The notes: a model not told the origin generated them from the sequence alone. Positions 9,691 to 27,940 are shown, numbered from the stretch's first letter. The stretch is 64,000 bases of DNA from Thermoanaerobaculia bacterium (GCA_963816185.1 CAWFJJ010000024.1:192001-256000), one strand, 5' to 3'. Numbers and translations are program-made.

Positions 9691-10608
9691 ATGGCGATTT
9701 CCGCAGTGATGGTCAAGATGCTCCGCGAGAAGACGGGCGCCGGAATGCTCGATTGCAAGCGCGCGCTCGAGGAGTCGAACGGCAACATGGAGGAGGCCGA
9801 GAAGATCCTCCGCAAGAAGGGCCTGGCCGCCGCAGCCAAGAAGGCCGGCCGCGTGGCCGCCGAAGGTCTCATCGGCTACCACGTGGAGCCCGCCCTGACG
9901 GCCCTCGTCGAGCTGAACTGCGAGACGGACTTCGTCGCGCGGACGGACGCGTTCAAGAAGGCGCGCCACGTCCTCGCCGAGCTCGTGTTCCACACGGCGT
10001 CGCTCGGAGACACGGCCGAAGGAGACGTCGAGCTGCTGAAGGCTCTCCCGGCGCCGAAGCACCTCCCGTATGCGACGGGAACCGTCGCCGAGTCGCTCCA
10101 GGCCTTCACGGCCGAGACGGGGGAGAACACGCAGCTTCGCCGCTGGGCGCGCCTCGTGGCCGCACCGGGTTCCGCGCTCACCCTCTACGCGCATCCCGGC
10201 GACAAGACGGTGGTCGTCGTCGAGACGAAGGGCATGGACGAGACGCTCGGGAAGGACCTCGCGATGCACGTGGCCGCCCTGGCGCCGCAGTTCGCGAACC
10301 GGAACGGCGTGTCGCCCAAGGCGCTCGCCGAAGAGCGCGAAATCGCGCGCGCGAAGGCGGTCGCCGCCGGCAAGCCCGAGGCCGTCGCCGACAAGATGGT
10401 CGAGGGCATGATCGGGAAGTGGTACGGCGAGGTCGTGCTTCTCGACCAGGCCTTCGCGAAGGACGACAGCAAGAAGGTGTCCCAGGTCATCGCCGAGCGC
10501 GCGGGCAAGGACGCTTCCGTCGTCCGCTTCGTGCGCTTCAAGGTGGGCGAGGGCATCGAGAGAAAAGGCGGAGACTTCGCAGCCGAAGTCGCCGCGCTGG
10601 CCAAGTGA
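9691..10608 (+). CDS. tsf: Elongation factor Ts
   Basis: [39 protein letters not shown]. Confidence 0.97.
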   Translation: MAISAVMVKMLREKTGAGMLDCKRALEESNGNMEEAEKILRKKGLAAAAKKAGRVAAEGLIGYHVEPALTALVELNCETDFVARTDAFKKARHVLAELVFHTASLGDTAEGDVELLKALPAPKHLPYATGTVAESLQAFTAETGENTQLRRWARLVAAPGSALTLYAHPGDKTVVVVETKGMDETLGKDLAMHVAALAPQFANRNGVSPKALAEEREIARAKAVAAGKPEAVADKMVEGMIGKWYGEVVLLDQAFAKDDSKKVSQVIAERAGKDASVVRFVRFKVGEGIERKGGDFAAEVAALAK

Positions 10609-10612
10609 AAAC

Positions 10613-11335
10613 GTGGAAGCCCGCTACCGCCGGGTCCTGCTGAAGCTCTCCGGGGAGGCGCTCCTCGGCAGCCAGTCCTTCGGCATCGAGCCGGCGGTCG
10701 TCGAGCGCCTCGCCGACGAGATCGCCGAGGTGGCGCGCCTGGGCGTCGAGGTGGCCATCGTCATCGGCGGCGGGAACATCATCCGCGGCGTCTCGGCGGA
10801 GACGCAGGGCATCGACCGCGTCACGGGCGACAACATGGGGATGCTCGCGACGGTCATCAACGCGCTCGCGCTGCAGGACGCGCTCGAGAAGCGCAACGTG
10901 CACACGCGTGTCATGACGGCGTTCGAGGTGCGCGCGGTCGCCGAGCCTTTCATCCGGCGCCGGGCGATCCGGCACCTCGAGAAGAAGCGCTGCGTCATCT
11001 TCGCGGGCGGAACGGGCAATCCGTACTTCACGACGGACTCGGCCGCTGCGCTGCGCGCGAACGAGATCCGGGCCGAGGTCATCCTGAAAGCGACGCGCGT
11101 AGACGGCATTTTCACCGCCGACCCGAAGAAGGATCCGAAGGCGGTTTTCCTGCCGCGGGTGACGTACCAGGACGTGCTCGAGAAGCGGCTGGGGGTCATG
11201 GACGCCACCGCGATCGCCCTCTGTCGGGACAACAAGGTGCCCATTCGCGTCTTCAGCCTCCTCGTGCCCGGGAACATCCGGAGGGTCGTCCTCGGAGAGC
11301 CGGTCGGGAGCGTGGTGGACGCCGTGAAGGCCTGA
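10613..11335 (+). CDS. pyrH: UMP kinase
   Basis: [47 protein letters not shown]. Confidence 0.97.
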   Translation: MEARYRRVLLKLSGEALLGSQSFGIEPAVVERLADEIAEVARLGVEVAIVIGGGNIIRGVSAETQGIDRVTGDNMGMLATVINALALQDALEKRNVHTRVMTAFEVRAVAEPFIRRRAIRHLEKKRCVIFAGGTGNPYFTTDSAAALRANEIRAEVILKATRVDGIFTADPKKDPKAVFLPRVTYQDVLEKRLGVMDATAIALCRDNKVPIRVFSLLVPGNIRRVVLGEPVGSVVDAVKA

Positions 11336-11365
11336 TTCACCGGGCCGGGCGAAGGAGCCGAGAAC

Positions 11366-11929
11366 ATGCCGACGATTGCCGAGATCAAGAAGGAAACCGA
11401 ACGACGCATGCACGCCACCCTCGACGCGCTCAAGACCGAGCTGAAGCACCTGCGCACGGGCCGCGCGTCCGTCGGGATCCTCGAGGGCATTCTCGTGGAG
11501 TACTACGGCACGCCGACTCCGCTGAACCAGGTCGCGAACCTCTCGGCGCCGGACGCGACGCTGCTCCTCGCGTCTCCCTGGGAGCCTTCGCTCTGTCCGG
11601 CCATCGAGAAGGCCATCCGGACGAGCGACCTCGGCCTGAACCCGTCCTCGGACGGAAAGGTCGTGCGCATCCCCGTCCCGCAGCCGACGGAAGAGCGACG
11701 CAAGGAGATCGTCAAGAAGGCTCACGGCTTCGCCGAGCACGCGCGGGTGGAGATCCGTCATCATCGCCACGAGGGAAACGACGCGATCAAGAAAGAATCG
11801 AAGACTTCCGGGATCTCGGCCGACGACGAGAAACGCGCTCTCGACGATGTGCAGAAGATGACCGACAAGAATATCGCCGAAGTGGACCACGTTCTGAAGA
11901 CCAAGGAAGCGGAAGTCCTCGCGCGGTGA
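11366..11929 (+). CDS. frr: Ribosome recycling factor
   Basis: LRTGRAS, YYGTPTPLNQVA, SDLGLNP, TEERRKE. Confidence 0.97.
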   Translation: MPTIAEIKKETERRMHATLDALKTELKHLRTGRASVGILEGILVEYYGTPTPLNQVANLSAPDATLLLASPWEPSLCPAIEKAIRTSDLGLNPSSDGKVVRIPVPQPTEERRKEIVKKAHGFAEHARVEIRHHRHEGNDAIKKESKTSGISADDEKRALDDVQKMTDKNIAEVDHVLKTKEAEVLAR

Positions 11930-12603
11930 CTCTCGCGACGGCGTTGATCCCTGCCGCGGGCTTCGGAACCCGCTTTCACGAGGGCGGGCCGAAGGCGCTC
12001 GTCCCGCTTGCGGGGCGGCCCATGCTCCTGCACGCGCTCGAGCGCCTCGTCGCGTCGAAACGCGTGCGCGGGGCCGTGATCGCGATCTCACCGGGTCACG
12101 CAGACGTTTTCCGGAAAGTCCTCGCGAACTCACCGGTCCCCTGCACGCTCGTCGACGGTGGCGTGACGCGGCGTGAGTCCGTCGCGCGTGCTTTCGCGGC
12201 CGCGCAGTTCGAGAGCGACGACGACCTCGTCCTCGTCCACGATGCCGCCCGCCCGCTCGTCGATCCCGTCGAAGTGGCGGCCGTCGTGGACGCGGCGGCG
12301 AAGACTGGGGCCGCCATTGCGGGCTACTCGATCGTCGAGACGGTCAAGCGCGTCACCGGCGGAACCGTGGGCGGAACCGTCCCGCGGGGCGACCTCTTCG
12401 CGGCCACGACGCCGCAGGTGTTCCGCGTCGGCCTCTTCCGGTCCGCCGTGGCGAAAGAGGGCGGACCCGAAGCCACCGACGACGCCGAGCTCGTGGAGAG
12501 AACGGGCGGCACCGTGACCGTCGTCCTCACGTCGCGCTGGAACATCAAGATCACCTACCCCGAAGACCTCGCGTGGGCCGAGGCCTTTCTCGCCCGTGTC
12601 TAG
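11926..12603 (+). CDS. ispD: 2-C-methyl-D-erythritol 4-phosphate cytidylyltransferase
   Basis: PAAGFGTRF, GGVTRRESV, VLVHDAARP, TPQVF, TDDA, NIKITYPED. Confidence 0.93.
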   Translation: MTLATALIPAAGFGTRFHEGGPKALVPLAGRPMLLHALERLVASKRVRGAVIAISPGHADVFRKVLANSPVPCTLVDGGVTRRESVARAFAAAQFESDDDLVLVHDAARPLVDPVEVAAVVDAAAKTGAAIAGYSIVETVKRVTGGTVGGTVPRGDLFAATTPQVFRVGLFRSAVAKEGGPEATDDAELVERTGGTVTVVLTSRWNIKITYPEDLAWAEAFLARV

Positions 12604-12606
12604 AGC

Positions 12607-13083
12607 ATGAGGATCGGGCACGGCTTCGACGCGCATCCTTTCGCGGCCGGGCGCCCGTGCGTCCTCGGCGGCATCACGATTCCCTCGGACGCCGGGCCCG
12701 TCGGGCACTCGGACGGGGACGTCGTGCTGCATGCCCTCGCAAGCGCGCTCCTCGGTGCGGCCGCCGCAGGAGACCTCGGCTCGGTCTTCGGCACGGATCG
12801 CCCGGAGTGGAAGAGCGCGACGGGTGAGGCGTTCGTGCGCCACGTGCGCGAGCTGACGGACCATCCGGAAATCGAGAACGTGGACGTGACGATTCTCGCG
12901 GCGCGGCCCCTCATCGCGGAGCACCGCGATGCTATGCGCACGAACATCGCGGCGCTTCTCGGCACGTCCGTCGACCGCGTCTCCGTCAAGGCTTCGTCGG
13001 GCAACGGCCTCACCGACTTCGGCCGCGGCGTGGGCGTGGCGGCGACGGTCCTCGTCCTCGTCGCCGGCGACACGGCCGAGTGA
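12607..13083 (+). CDS. ispF: 2-C-methyl-D-erythritol 2,4-cyclodiphosphate synthase
   Basis: RIGHGFDAH, GHSDGDVVLHA, GDLG, NVDVTI. Confidence 0.92.
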   Translation: MRIGHGFDAHPFAAGRPCVLGGITIPSDAGPVGHSDGDVVLHALASALLGAAAAGDLGSVFGTDRPEWKSATGEAFVRHVRELTDHPEIENVDVTILAARPLIAEHRDAMRTNIAALLGTSVDRVSVKASSGNGLTDFGRGVGVAATVLVLVAGDTAE

Positions 13084-13811
13084 TCGTCTCCGGTTTCCAT
13101 CCGGTGCGCGAGGTCCTCGAGCGCCGGCCGCGCTCCGTCGAGGCTCTTCTCGTGCAGCGGGGCCGCAAGGACGCGCGTGCCGCGGAAATCGAGGAGCTGG
13201 CGCGGGGGAAGGGCGTCTCCGTCCGGATCGTCGCGAAGGAGGAGCTCGACCGTGCCGCGGGACGCGCGCACAACGGCGTCGCGGCACGCGTCGCGGAACG
13301 CGACTACGACACCGTGGAGGAGTGCCTCGCGGGGGAGAAGGGGAGCCGCTGCGTCCTGTTTCTCGACGAGGTGACCGATCCCGGCAACCTGGGATCGGTC
13401 CTCAGGACCGCAGCCGCCGCCGGAGCCGCGGTCATCCTGACCGAGCGCCATTCCGCCGGACTCAATGAGACCGTGTCGAAGGCGTCGGCCGGAGCGCTGG
13501 AGCGCGTGAAGGTCGGCAGGGTCGTCAACGCGGCCCGCTTCCTCTCGGAGACGAAGGCGGCCGGCTTCTGGGTGTTCGGGGCTGCCGCAGAGGGTGAAAA
13601 CCTTTACAGCGTAGACATTTCCGGCGACGTGGTCCTCTGCCTCGGCTCGGAGGGAACCGGTCTCAGGCGGCTCACGAAGGAATCTTGCGATCGATTGATT
13701 TCCATACCGATGCGTCCGGGAGCCGGCTCGCTCAACGTGGCGGTGGCCGCTGGGGTTCTCGCATTTGAATGGGTGAGGCGCCGGATCTCGCCGGAGCGTA
13801 GCCCGGCATGA
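13080..13811 (+). CDS. rlmB: 23S rRNA (G2251) 2'-O-methyltransferase, SpoU family
   Basis: GFHPVRE, HNGVAA, DEVTDPGNLGSVLRTA, GSEGTGLR, IPM...SLNVAVA. Confidence 0.88.
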   Translation: MIVSGFHPVREVLERRPRSVEALLVQRGRKDARAAEIEELARGKGVSVRIVAKEELDRAAGRAHNGVAARVAERDYDTVEECLAGEKGSRCVLFLDEVTDPGNLGSVLRTAAAAGAAVILTERHSAGLNETVSKASAGALERVKVGRVVNAARFLSETKAAGFWVFGAAAEGENLYSVDISGDVVLCLGSEGTGLRRLTKESCDRLISIPMRPGAGSLNVAVAAGVLAFEWVRRRISPERSPA

Positions 13812-13818
13812 AAATAGC

Positions 13819-13848
13819 TTGACGCACCTCGAATCGGGCTGGTATAAA
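13819..13848 (+). promoter_or_regulatory. Sigma70 promoter of the tRNA-secE-nusG cluster
   Basis: TTGACG (13819), 18-nt spacer, extended -10 TGgTATAAA (13840-13848). Confidence 0.7.
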
Positions 13849-13947
13849 CCGTGGTTCGCGCCTTTGCCGAGGTGCGCGAAGCCATGCCACCGCTTCAGTT
13901 ACCAGTCCGGGTCGCACGGTCGAGCCCTCTTCGGCGGGAACGAGAAT

Positions 13948-14023
13948 GCTGGCGTAGCTCAATGGGTAGAGCAGCCGATTTGTAATCGGCAGGTTGCGGG
14001 TTCGAGTCCCATCGCCAGCTCCA
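13948..14023 (+). tRNA. tRNA-Thr(TGT)
   Basis: Acceptor GCTGGCG/CGCCAGC, anticodon arm GCCGA-TTTGTAA-TCGGC, GGTTCGAGT, CCA end. Confidence 0.97.
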
Positions 14024-14072
14024 GGGTGAGCCTCCGAGGGCCGGAGATCGGGATCGACGAAGAACGGGGAGC

Positions 14073-14161
14073 GGGCAGATGGCCGAGCGGTTAATGGCAG
14101 CAGACTGTAAATCTGCCGCACCTTGCGTGCTACGGGGGTTCGAATCCCTCTCTGCCCACCA
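14073..14161 (+). tRNA. tRNA-Tyr(GTA)
   Basis: Acceptor GGGCAGA/TCTGCCC, GCAGA-CTGTAAA-TCTGC, long variable arm, GGTTCGAAT, ACCA. Confidence 0.97.
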
Positions 14162-14210
14162 TCTTTCGCGGCGCGAAAGATGGTGGACAGCTGCCGGCTA
14201 TTTTTTTCTC

Positions 14211-14237
14211 GGGGGTACTGTCCCCCCGAACCCCCCC
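14211..14237 (+). repeat. G-run/C-run palindromic element, copy 2
   Basis: GGGGGtactgtCCCCCCgaaCCCCCCC in the Tyr-Thr spacer. Confidence 0.55.
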
Positions 14238-14255
14238 ACAGGAAAAAGTACGCCG

Positions 14256-14331
14256 GCCCACGTAGCTCAGTTGGTAGAGCACGTCCTTGGTAAGGACGGG
14301 GTCAGCAGTTCAAATCTGCTCGTGGGCTCCA
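14256..14331 (+). tRNA. tRNA-Thr(GGT)
   Basis: Acceptor GCCCACG/CGTGGGC, CGTCC-TTGGTAA-GGACG, GTTCAAAT, CCA. Confidence 0.96.
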
Positions 14332-14346
14332 GCTACGTTTTCTCCA

Positions 14347-14381
14347 GGGGGAACCCGGGGGTCGGGTTCCCCCAAGCCCCC
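14347..14381 (+). repeat. G-run/C-run palindromic element, copy 3
   Basis: GGGGGAACCCG..CGGGTTCCCCCaagCCCCC in the Thr-Gly spacer. Confidence 0.55.
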
Positions 14382-14418
14382 TCCGCACCAATCGCTCACT
14401 TCTTCACGGCTTCCTTTC

Positions 14419-14493
14419 GCGGGAGTAACTCAGGGGTAGAGTCACAGCCTTCCAAGCTGTTGGTCGCGGGTTCGAATCCCGTCTCCCGCTCCA
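14419..14493 (+). tRNA. tRNA-Gly(TCC)
   Basis: Acceptor GCGGGAG/CTCCCGC, CAGC-CTTCCAA-GCTG, GGTTCGAAT, CCA. Confidence 0.96.
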
Positions 14494-14516
14494 AGAGCTT
14501 CTTTCGACCTTCTCAC

Positions 14517-14594
14517 AGGGGTGTAGCTCCAACTGGCTAGAGCGGCGGTCTCCAAAACCGTAGGTTCGGGGTTCGAATCCCCGCACCCCTGCCA
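14517..14594 (+). tRNA. tRNA-Trp(CCA)
   Basis: Acceptor AGGGGTG/CACCCCT, CGGT-CTCCAAA-ACCG, GGTTCGAAT, GCCA; precedes secE as usual. Confidence 0.96.
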
Positions 14595-14668
14595 AAGGCC
14601 GCACGGACCGCACGACGACCAACGAACGAAGTTGACGAGACCAGGAACTTGAGGACGAAGAAAAAGAC

Positions 14669-14881
14669 ATGAACCCGATCGAGCGTTGGCATCACTTTCG
14701 CGGCTTTCTCTCCGAGGTCAAGAAGGAATCGGGAAAGGTCTCGTGGCCCGGCCGTGAAGAGGTCGTCGGCACGACCACCGTCGTCATCATCTCCACGGCG
14801 ATCTTCGGGATCTTCCTGTTTCTCGTGGACGCGGCCGTGACGCCGCTCGTGAACAAGCTCTTCGCGGCTTTCGGCAGCTGA
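14669..14881 (+). CDS. secE: Preprotein translocase subunit SecE
   Basis: FLSEVKKESGKVSWPGREE plus a single TM helix; between tRNA-Trp and nusG. Confidence 0.93.
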   Translation: MNPIERWHHFRGFLSEVKKESGKVSWPGREEVVGTTTVVIISTAIFGIFLFLVDAAVTPLVNKLFAAFGS

Positions 14882-14902
14882 CGACATAAGGACAGGCACA
14901 CC

Positions 14903-15490
14903 GTGAGCACCACCGACCCGCAGGATCAGACGACCGCCGCCCCGGCTCCCGCCGCGGTGCCGATGGACTGGTTCATCGTCCACACGTATTCGGGGTTCGA
15001 GGACCGCGTCGTTCTCGAGCTGACGAACCGCATCAAGGCCCTCGGCATGGAGGCCCACTTCGGCGAGATCCGCGTGCCGAAGGAGACGGTCGTCGAGATG
15101 AAGGCCGGGAAGCGCCGCAACGTCGAGCGGAAATTCTTCCCGGGCTACGTCCTCGTCCAGATGGAGATGTCCGACGAGACCTGGCACCTCGTGCGCAACA
15201 CGCCGAAGGTGACCGGCTTCGTGGGCGGCTCCTCGAAGGCGCCCGTCCCGCTCACGCGGGAGGAGGTGGATTCGATCCTCCACCACACCGCCGAGTCGAA
15301 GGAGAAGCCGAAGCCGCGTTACGTCTACGAGCGCGGCGAGCAGGTGAAGATCACCGACGGCCCCTTCAAGGAGTTCACGGGGCTCGTCGAGGACATCAAC
15401 CTCGAGCGCTCCACGCTCCGCGTCCTCGTCACCATCTTCGGCCGGCCGACGCCGGTTGAGCTCGAATTCGTCCAGGTTCAGAAACTGTAA
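14903..15490 (+). CDS. nusG: Transcription factor NusG
   Basis: [45 protein letters not shown]. Confidence 0.97.
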   Translation: MSTTDPQDQTTAAPAPAAVPMDWFIVHTYSGFEDRVVLELTNRIKALGMEAHFGEIRVPKETVVEMKAGKRRNVERKFFPGYVLVQMEMSDETWHLVRNTPKVTGFVGGSSKAPVPLTREEVDSILHHTAESKEKPKPRYVYERGEQVKITDGPFKEFTGLVEDINLERSTLRVLVTIFGRPTPVELEFVQVQKL

Positions 15491-15499
15491 GGAAGAGAC

Positions 15500-15925
15500 A
15501 TGGCAAAGAAAGTAACCGGTTACGTGAAGCTCCAGATCGAGGCGGGGAAGGCCACGCCCGCCCCGCCCGTGGGCACGGCGCTCGGCCCGCAGGGCGTCAA
15601 CATCATGGACTTCTGCAAGGCCTTCAACGCGAAGACCGCGAAGGACGCGGGGCTCATCATCCCCGTCGTCGTCACGGTCTTTTCGGACCGGTCTTACTCC
15701 TTCATCACGAAGACGCCCCCGGCGTCCGTGCTGCTGAAGAAGGCGGCGAAGCTCGAGAAGGGCTCGGGCGTGCCGAACAAGACGAAGGTCGGAAAAGTCA
15801 CGAAAAAACAGGTCGAGGAGATCGCGAAGCTCAAGCTCGTCGACCTGAACACCGTCGATCTCGCCGCCGCCGTCAAGTCGGTGGAGGGAACGGCCCGATC
15901 CATGGGAATCGAGGTCGTCGGCTGA
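15500..15925 (+). CDS. rplK: 50S ribosomal protein L11
   Basis: [31 protein letters not shown]. Confidence 0.98.
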   Translation: MAKKVTGYVKLQIEAGKATPAPPVGTALGPQGVNIMDFCKAFNAKTAKDAGLIIPVVVTVFSDRSYSFITKTPPASVLLKKAAKLEKGSGVPNKTKVGKVTKKQVEEIAKLKLVDLNTVDLAAAVKSVEGTARSMGIEVVG

Positions 15926-16059
15926 CGCCGCGACCAAGAGGCGGAAGCCTCCCGCGCCGGGCCTCTCCCGGCGTGCGGCCCGACGGTGCCCGGGATGCCT
16001 CCCGGGGCTTCTCACCGGCGGTCCCGAAGGGGCGCGACCGACTCCGGAGTAGAAACATC

Positions 16060-16767
16060 ATGAGTGGCAAGAAATTCACCGCGGCCGCCGCGAAAGTCGA
16101 CAAGGCGAAGGTCTACGACGTGCCTCAGGCCGTCGCCCTCGTCAAGTCGGCGGCGTTCGCCAAGTTCAACGAGACGGTCGAGATCGCGCTGCGACTCGGA
16201 GTCGATCCCAAGCACGCGGACCAGATGGTGCGCGGCACGGTCGTGCTCCCGCACGGGCTCGGCAAGACGACCCGGGTCGCCGTCGTCGCCTCGGGCGAGA
16301 AGATCAAGGAAGCCGAAGCGGCCGGCGCCGATCTCGTAGGAGGCGACGACCTCGTCGCGAAGATCCAGGGCGGCATGATCGATTTCGAGGCGCTCGTCGC
16401 GACGCCGGACATGATGAAGTCGCTCGGCCGCCTCGGCAAGATCCTCGGGCCTCGCGGCCTGATGCCGAACCCGAAGGCCGGCACCGTCACATTCGACGTC
16501 GCGAAGGCCGTCACGGAGCTCAAGGCCGGCAAGATCGAGTTCCGCGTCGACAAGACCGCCATCATCCACGTGCCGGTCGGAAAGATCTCGTTCGGCGAGA
16601 AGCAGCTCGCCGAGAACACCGAGGCGCTTCTCACCGCGGTTCAGAAGGCGAAGCCGGCGACCGCCAAGGGCAAGTACATGCGCTCGGTCGTTCTCTCGTC
16701 GACGATGGGCCCCGGCGTCGCGGTCGATCCTTCCGCCGCCGAGAAGCTCGTCGGAAAGGGAGTCTGA
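16060..16767 (+). CDS. rplA: 50S ribosomal protein L1
   Basis: [36 protein letters not shown]; ATG 16060 after GGAG. Confidence 0.97.
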   Translation: MSGKKFTAAAAKVDKAKVYDVPQAVALVKSAAFAKFNETVEIALRLGVDPKHADQMVRGTVVLPHGLGKTTRVAVVASGEKIKEAEAAGADLVGGDDLVAKIQGGMIDFEALVATPDMMKSLGRLGKILGPRGLMPNPKAGTVTFDVAKAVTELKAGKIEFRVDKTAIIHVPVGKISFGEKQLAENTEALLTAVQKAKPATAKGKYMRSVVLSSTMGPGVAVDPSAAEKLVGKGV

Positions 16768-16768
16768 C

Positions 16769-17314
16769 GTGACCGCAACCCGCTCCGCCAAGAACGAAGA
16801 GATCCAGCAGCTCCAGGGCACGGTCGCGAAGGCCGCCCACGCTTTCCTCATCGACTACAAGGGCCTGACCGTCCCGGCCGTCACGGACCTGCGCCGCCAG
16901 ATCAAGGGAGCGAACTCGGGCTACGTCGTCGTCAAGAACACGCTCGCGCTCCGGGCTCTCGAAGGCAAGCCCCTCGGCTCCCTCAAGGAGCACTTCACCG
17001 GGATGACGGGCGTCGCGTACAGCCAGACCGACGTCGTCGCGCTCGCGAAAGTGCTGCACACGTTCGGCAAGACGAACCCCAACCTGAAGGTCAAGGCCGC
17101 CCTTCTCGACGGCAAGCCCGTCGCGGCGAAGGAGCTCGAGACCCTCGCGAACCTGCCCTCGCGCCTCGAGCTCGTCGGCAGGCTCCTCGGCCTCATGCAG
17201 TCGCCCCTGCGGCGCCTCGTGACGGTCCTGTCCGCCCCGCATCGCAACGTCGCGGCGACGCTCGCGGCGATCTCGAAACAAAAAGCCACCGCAACCAAAG
17301 AATCCGCGGCCTAA
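16769..17314 (+). CDS. rplJ: 50S ribosomal protein L10
   Basis: DYKGLTV...LR, VVKNTL, LANLPSR. Confidence 0.95.
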   Translation: MTATRSAKNEEIQQLQGTVAKAAHAFLIDYKGLTVPAVTDLRRQIKGANSGYVVVKNTLALRALEGKPLGSLKEHFTGMTGVAYSQTDVVALAKVLHTFGKTNPNLKVKAALLDGKPVAAKELETLANLPSRLELVGRLLGLMQSPLRRLVTVLSAPHRNVAATLAAISKQKATATKESAA

Positions 17315-17338
17315 CGCCGAAGAATCAGGAGAAGAACC

Positions 17339-17719
17339 ATGGCTCTCACCGTTGAAACTTTCATCAAGGAAATCGAGTCGATGTCGGTCCTCGAGCTCAA
17401 CGGGCTCGTGAAGGCCCTCGAGGAGAAGTTCGGCGTGTCCGCCGCGATGATGGCCGCCCCGGCGGCGGCTGCGGGCGCCGCCCCGGCCGCCGCCGCCGCC
17501 GAGGAGCAGACCGAGTTCACGGTCGTTCTCAAGGAAGCCGGCGCGAACAAGATCAACGTCATCAAAGCCGTTCGCGAGGTCAACAGCTCGCTCGGTCTCA
17601 AGGAAGCGAAGGATCTCGTCGAAAATCTCGGGACGGTCAAGGAGGGCATCTCCAAGGACGAGGCCGCCTCGATCAAGAAGAAGTTCGAGGACGCGGGAGC
17701 GAAGGTCACGATCAAGTAA
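17339..17719 (+). CDS. rplL: 50S ribosomal protein L7/L12
   Basis: [33 protein letters not shown]. Confidence 0.98.
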   Translation: MALTVETFIKEIESMSVLELNGLVKALEEKFGVSAAMMAAPAAAAGAAPAAAAAEEQTEFTVVLKEAGANKINVIKAVREVNSSLGLKEAKDLVENLGTVKEGISKDEAASIKKKFEDAGAKVTIK

Positions 17720-17803
17720 CCCTCCCAATCCTTCGTTCTTCGCCGCCCCCATCGCGCGCCTCATTCCCCGGCCTGCGCGCGGCCACGAGAGGGACCTGAC
17801 CCA

Positions 17804-22078
<4,275 letters not shown>

Positions 22079-22093
22079 GGAGAAGAGAGTCAC

Positions 22094-26317
<4,224 letters not shown>

Positions 26318-26354
26318 AGAGGGAGACGAGAGAAGAAGAGAGAAAGAAGAAGAC

Positions 26355-26455
26355 GAAGATTTTCTTCGAATAGGAAGAGCGCCGGATCCATAGCCGCTCG
26401 CTTCACTCGATCGCGCGGCGGTCGCCCGCAGCCCTATTGACGTCTAAGAAATCTC
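26355..26455 (+). repeat. AT-rich miniature inverted-repeat element, copy A (intergenic, after rpoC)
   Basis: Left GAAGATTTTCTTCGAATAGGAAGAGC, right GCCCTATTGACGTCTAAGAAATCTC; ends are imperfect inverted repeats and match copies at 46501, 51921, 56177 and 63370. Confidence 0.7.
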
Positions 26456-26456
26456 C

Positions 26457-26482
26457 GGGGCCGGCGAAAGCCGGCCTCTTTT
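26457..26482 (+). terminator. Intrinsic terminator after rpoC
   Basis: GGGGCCGGC-GAAA-GCCGGCCTC-TTTT. Confidence 0.8.
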
Positions 26483-26509
26483 CTCTCTAGCTCCCGCCCC
26501 GAATCGAGC

Positions 26510-26545
26510 CGTAAGGTTTTCGGACGCCGACCGATTCTCTGACAC
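26510..26545 (+). promoter_or_regulatory. Candidate upstream activating sequence (tandem site) for the sigma54 activator
   Basis: CGTAAGGTTTTCGGACGCCGACCGATTCTCTGACAC, 31/36 identical to the reverse complement of 39822-39857; 106 nt upstream of the sigma54 motif. Confidence 0.75.
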
Positions 26546-26651
26546 TTCTCGCGCGCGTCCCCGTCCGTCTTCTTTTCGAGCCTGCCCGGTAACTGCTTGG
26601 CCTGTAACCCTCGAGGCTCTCGTGTCGCCCGCGGGTCGCCGCGACGTCTCT

Positions 26652-26667
26652 TGGCAGCCCGCCTGCA
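26652..26667 (+). promoter_or_regulatory. Sigma54 (-24/-12) promoter of the cytochrome/Qrc-like operon
   Basis: TGGCAGCCCGCCTGCA with GG-N10-GC spacing; 15/16 identical to the motif at 39699-39714 on the minus strand. Confidence 0.75.
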
Positions 26668-26731
26668 TTGCTCCCTTCATCGGATGGCTTTCTCCCCTGT
26701 ATCGCGGCGCCCACCGGCGCAAGGGGTACGT

Positions 26732-27940
26732 ATGGGTTCGGCGCGGCAGCTCTTGCTCTGGGTCGTCATTGCGGCGGCTACATCGGCGCTGCTTGGGGGC
26801 GTTCTCTGGCGCGAACGAGGTCACGCTTCCGCGCGCTGGAGCACGCTTCCGATCGGGAGCGCGCGGGACGGGGCGGAGCTGTTCCAGAAGAAGGGCTGCG
26901 TTCACTGTCACGCCGTGAAGGGGCTCGGGGGCACGTCGGGCCCGGACCTCGGCTCCGCAGGCTCCTCTCGATCGCATCCCGACGAGCTCGTCGTCGCGAT
27001 GTGGAACCACGCCCCGCGCATGTGGAAGCGGATGCAGGAGGAGCGTCTCGACTATCCGACGCTCGACGACCAGGAAATGGCCGACGTCTTCGCCTACCTC
27101 TTCGTGGCGCGACATTTGGACGAGGCGGGAGACGCGGTGCGCGGCCAACAGCTCTACGAGACCAAGGGGTGCACCCGCTGCCATGCCCCCCGCGGATCCT
27201 CGGCCAGAGACACGGCTGGCGGGGGCCGAGCGCTCGGGAAGTCCTCTTCTCCCGTCGAATGGGCTCGGGCCATGTGGAACCACCCGCCTGTGACGGATGG
27301 CGGCAACGAGGCGCCTACGTTCGAGGGCCGCGAGATGAACGACCTGCTGGCATTCGTCCGGGGGGCGAGCGTCCCCGGCCCCGACCCGCTGCTTCTCGCC
27401 GCCGACCCCGAGCGCGGCTGGAAGATCTTTCGAGAGAGATCCTGCGTCGCCTGCCATTCAGTCAAGGATGAGACGGGGAAAGTCGGCCCGGAGCTGGGGC
27501 CCGGGCGCGAACTGCCCGCGACGATCGTGCAGCTCGCGGGCACCATGTGGAACCACTCGGAGGCGATGTCGCGCGCCATGAGGGAGCGGGGACTGGCACG
27601 CCCGACCTTCGACAGCCAGGAGATGGCGGACCTGGTCGCGTTCCTCTACGGCGTTCGCAACACCGAGCCGGGCGGCTCGCCCCGCCTCGGGGAGGTGCTC
27701 TACGCCGGACGAGGCTGCGACCGCTGCCACGGGGTGCGGGCGGAAGGGACCGAGCACGGCCCCGGCTTGAGAGGACGCGGAAAGCGGTTCACGTCGATCT
27801 CCTTCGCGGCGGCGCTCTGGCGACACGGCCACATCTACGGGCACGCCCGCGAGAAGGGCCAGAGCTGGCCCGAGCTCTCCGAGGGCGACGTCGGCGACCT
27901 GATCACGTTCCTGAACTCCTCGGCGACCGTGAGACCTTGA
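26732..27940 (+). CDS. Membrane-anchored tetraheme cytochrome c with four repeated monoheme domains (WNH-type)
   Basis: N-terminal hydrophobic helix; CVHCH, CTRCH, CVACH, CDRCH, each followed by MWNH or LWRH and an E-x-x-DL-type helix. Confidence 0.85.
   Translation: MGSARQLLLWVVIAAATSALLGGVLWRERGHASARWSTLPIGSARDGAELFQKKGCVHCHAVKGLGGTSGPDLGSAGSSRSHPDELVVAMWNHAPRMWKRMQEERLDYPTLDDQEMADVFAYLFVARHLDEAGDAVRGQQLYETKGCTRCHAPRGSSARDTAGGGRALGKSSSPVEWARAMWNHPPVTDGGNEAPTFEGREMNDLLAFVRGASVPGPDPLLLAADPERGWKIFRERSCVACHSVKDETGKVGPELGPGRELPATIVQLAGTMWNHSEAMSRAMRERGLARPTFDSQEMADLVAFLYGVRNTEPGGSPRLGEVLYAGRGCDRCHGVRAEGTEHGPGLRGRGKRFTSISFAAALWRHGHIYGHAREKGQSWPELSEGDVGDLITFLNSSATVRP

Noticed and set aside
13732-14670. 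ORFs across the tRNA cluster
   Set aside because: They overlap five clear tRNA genes
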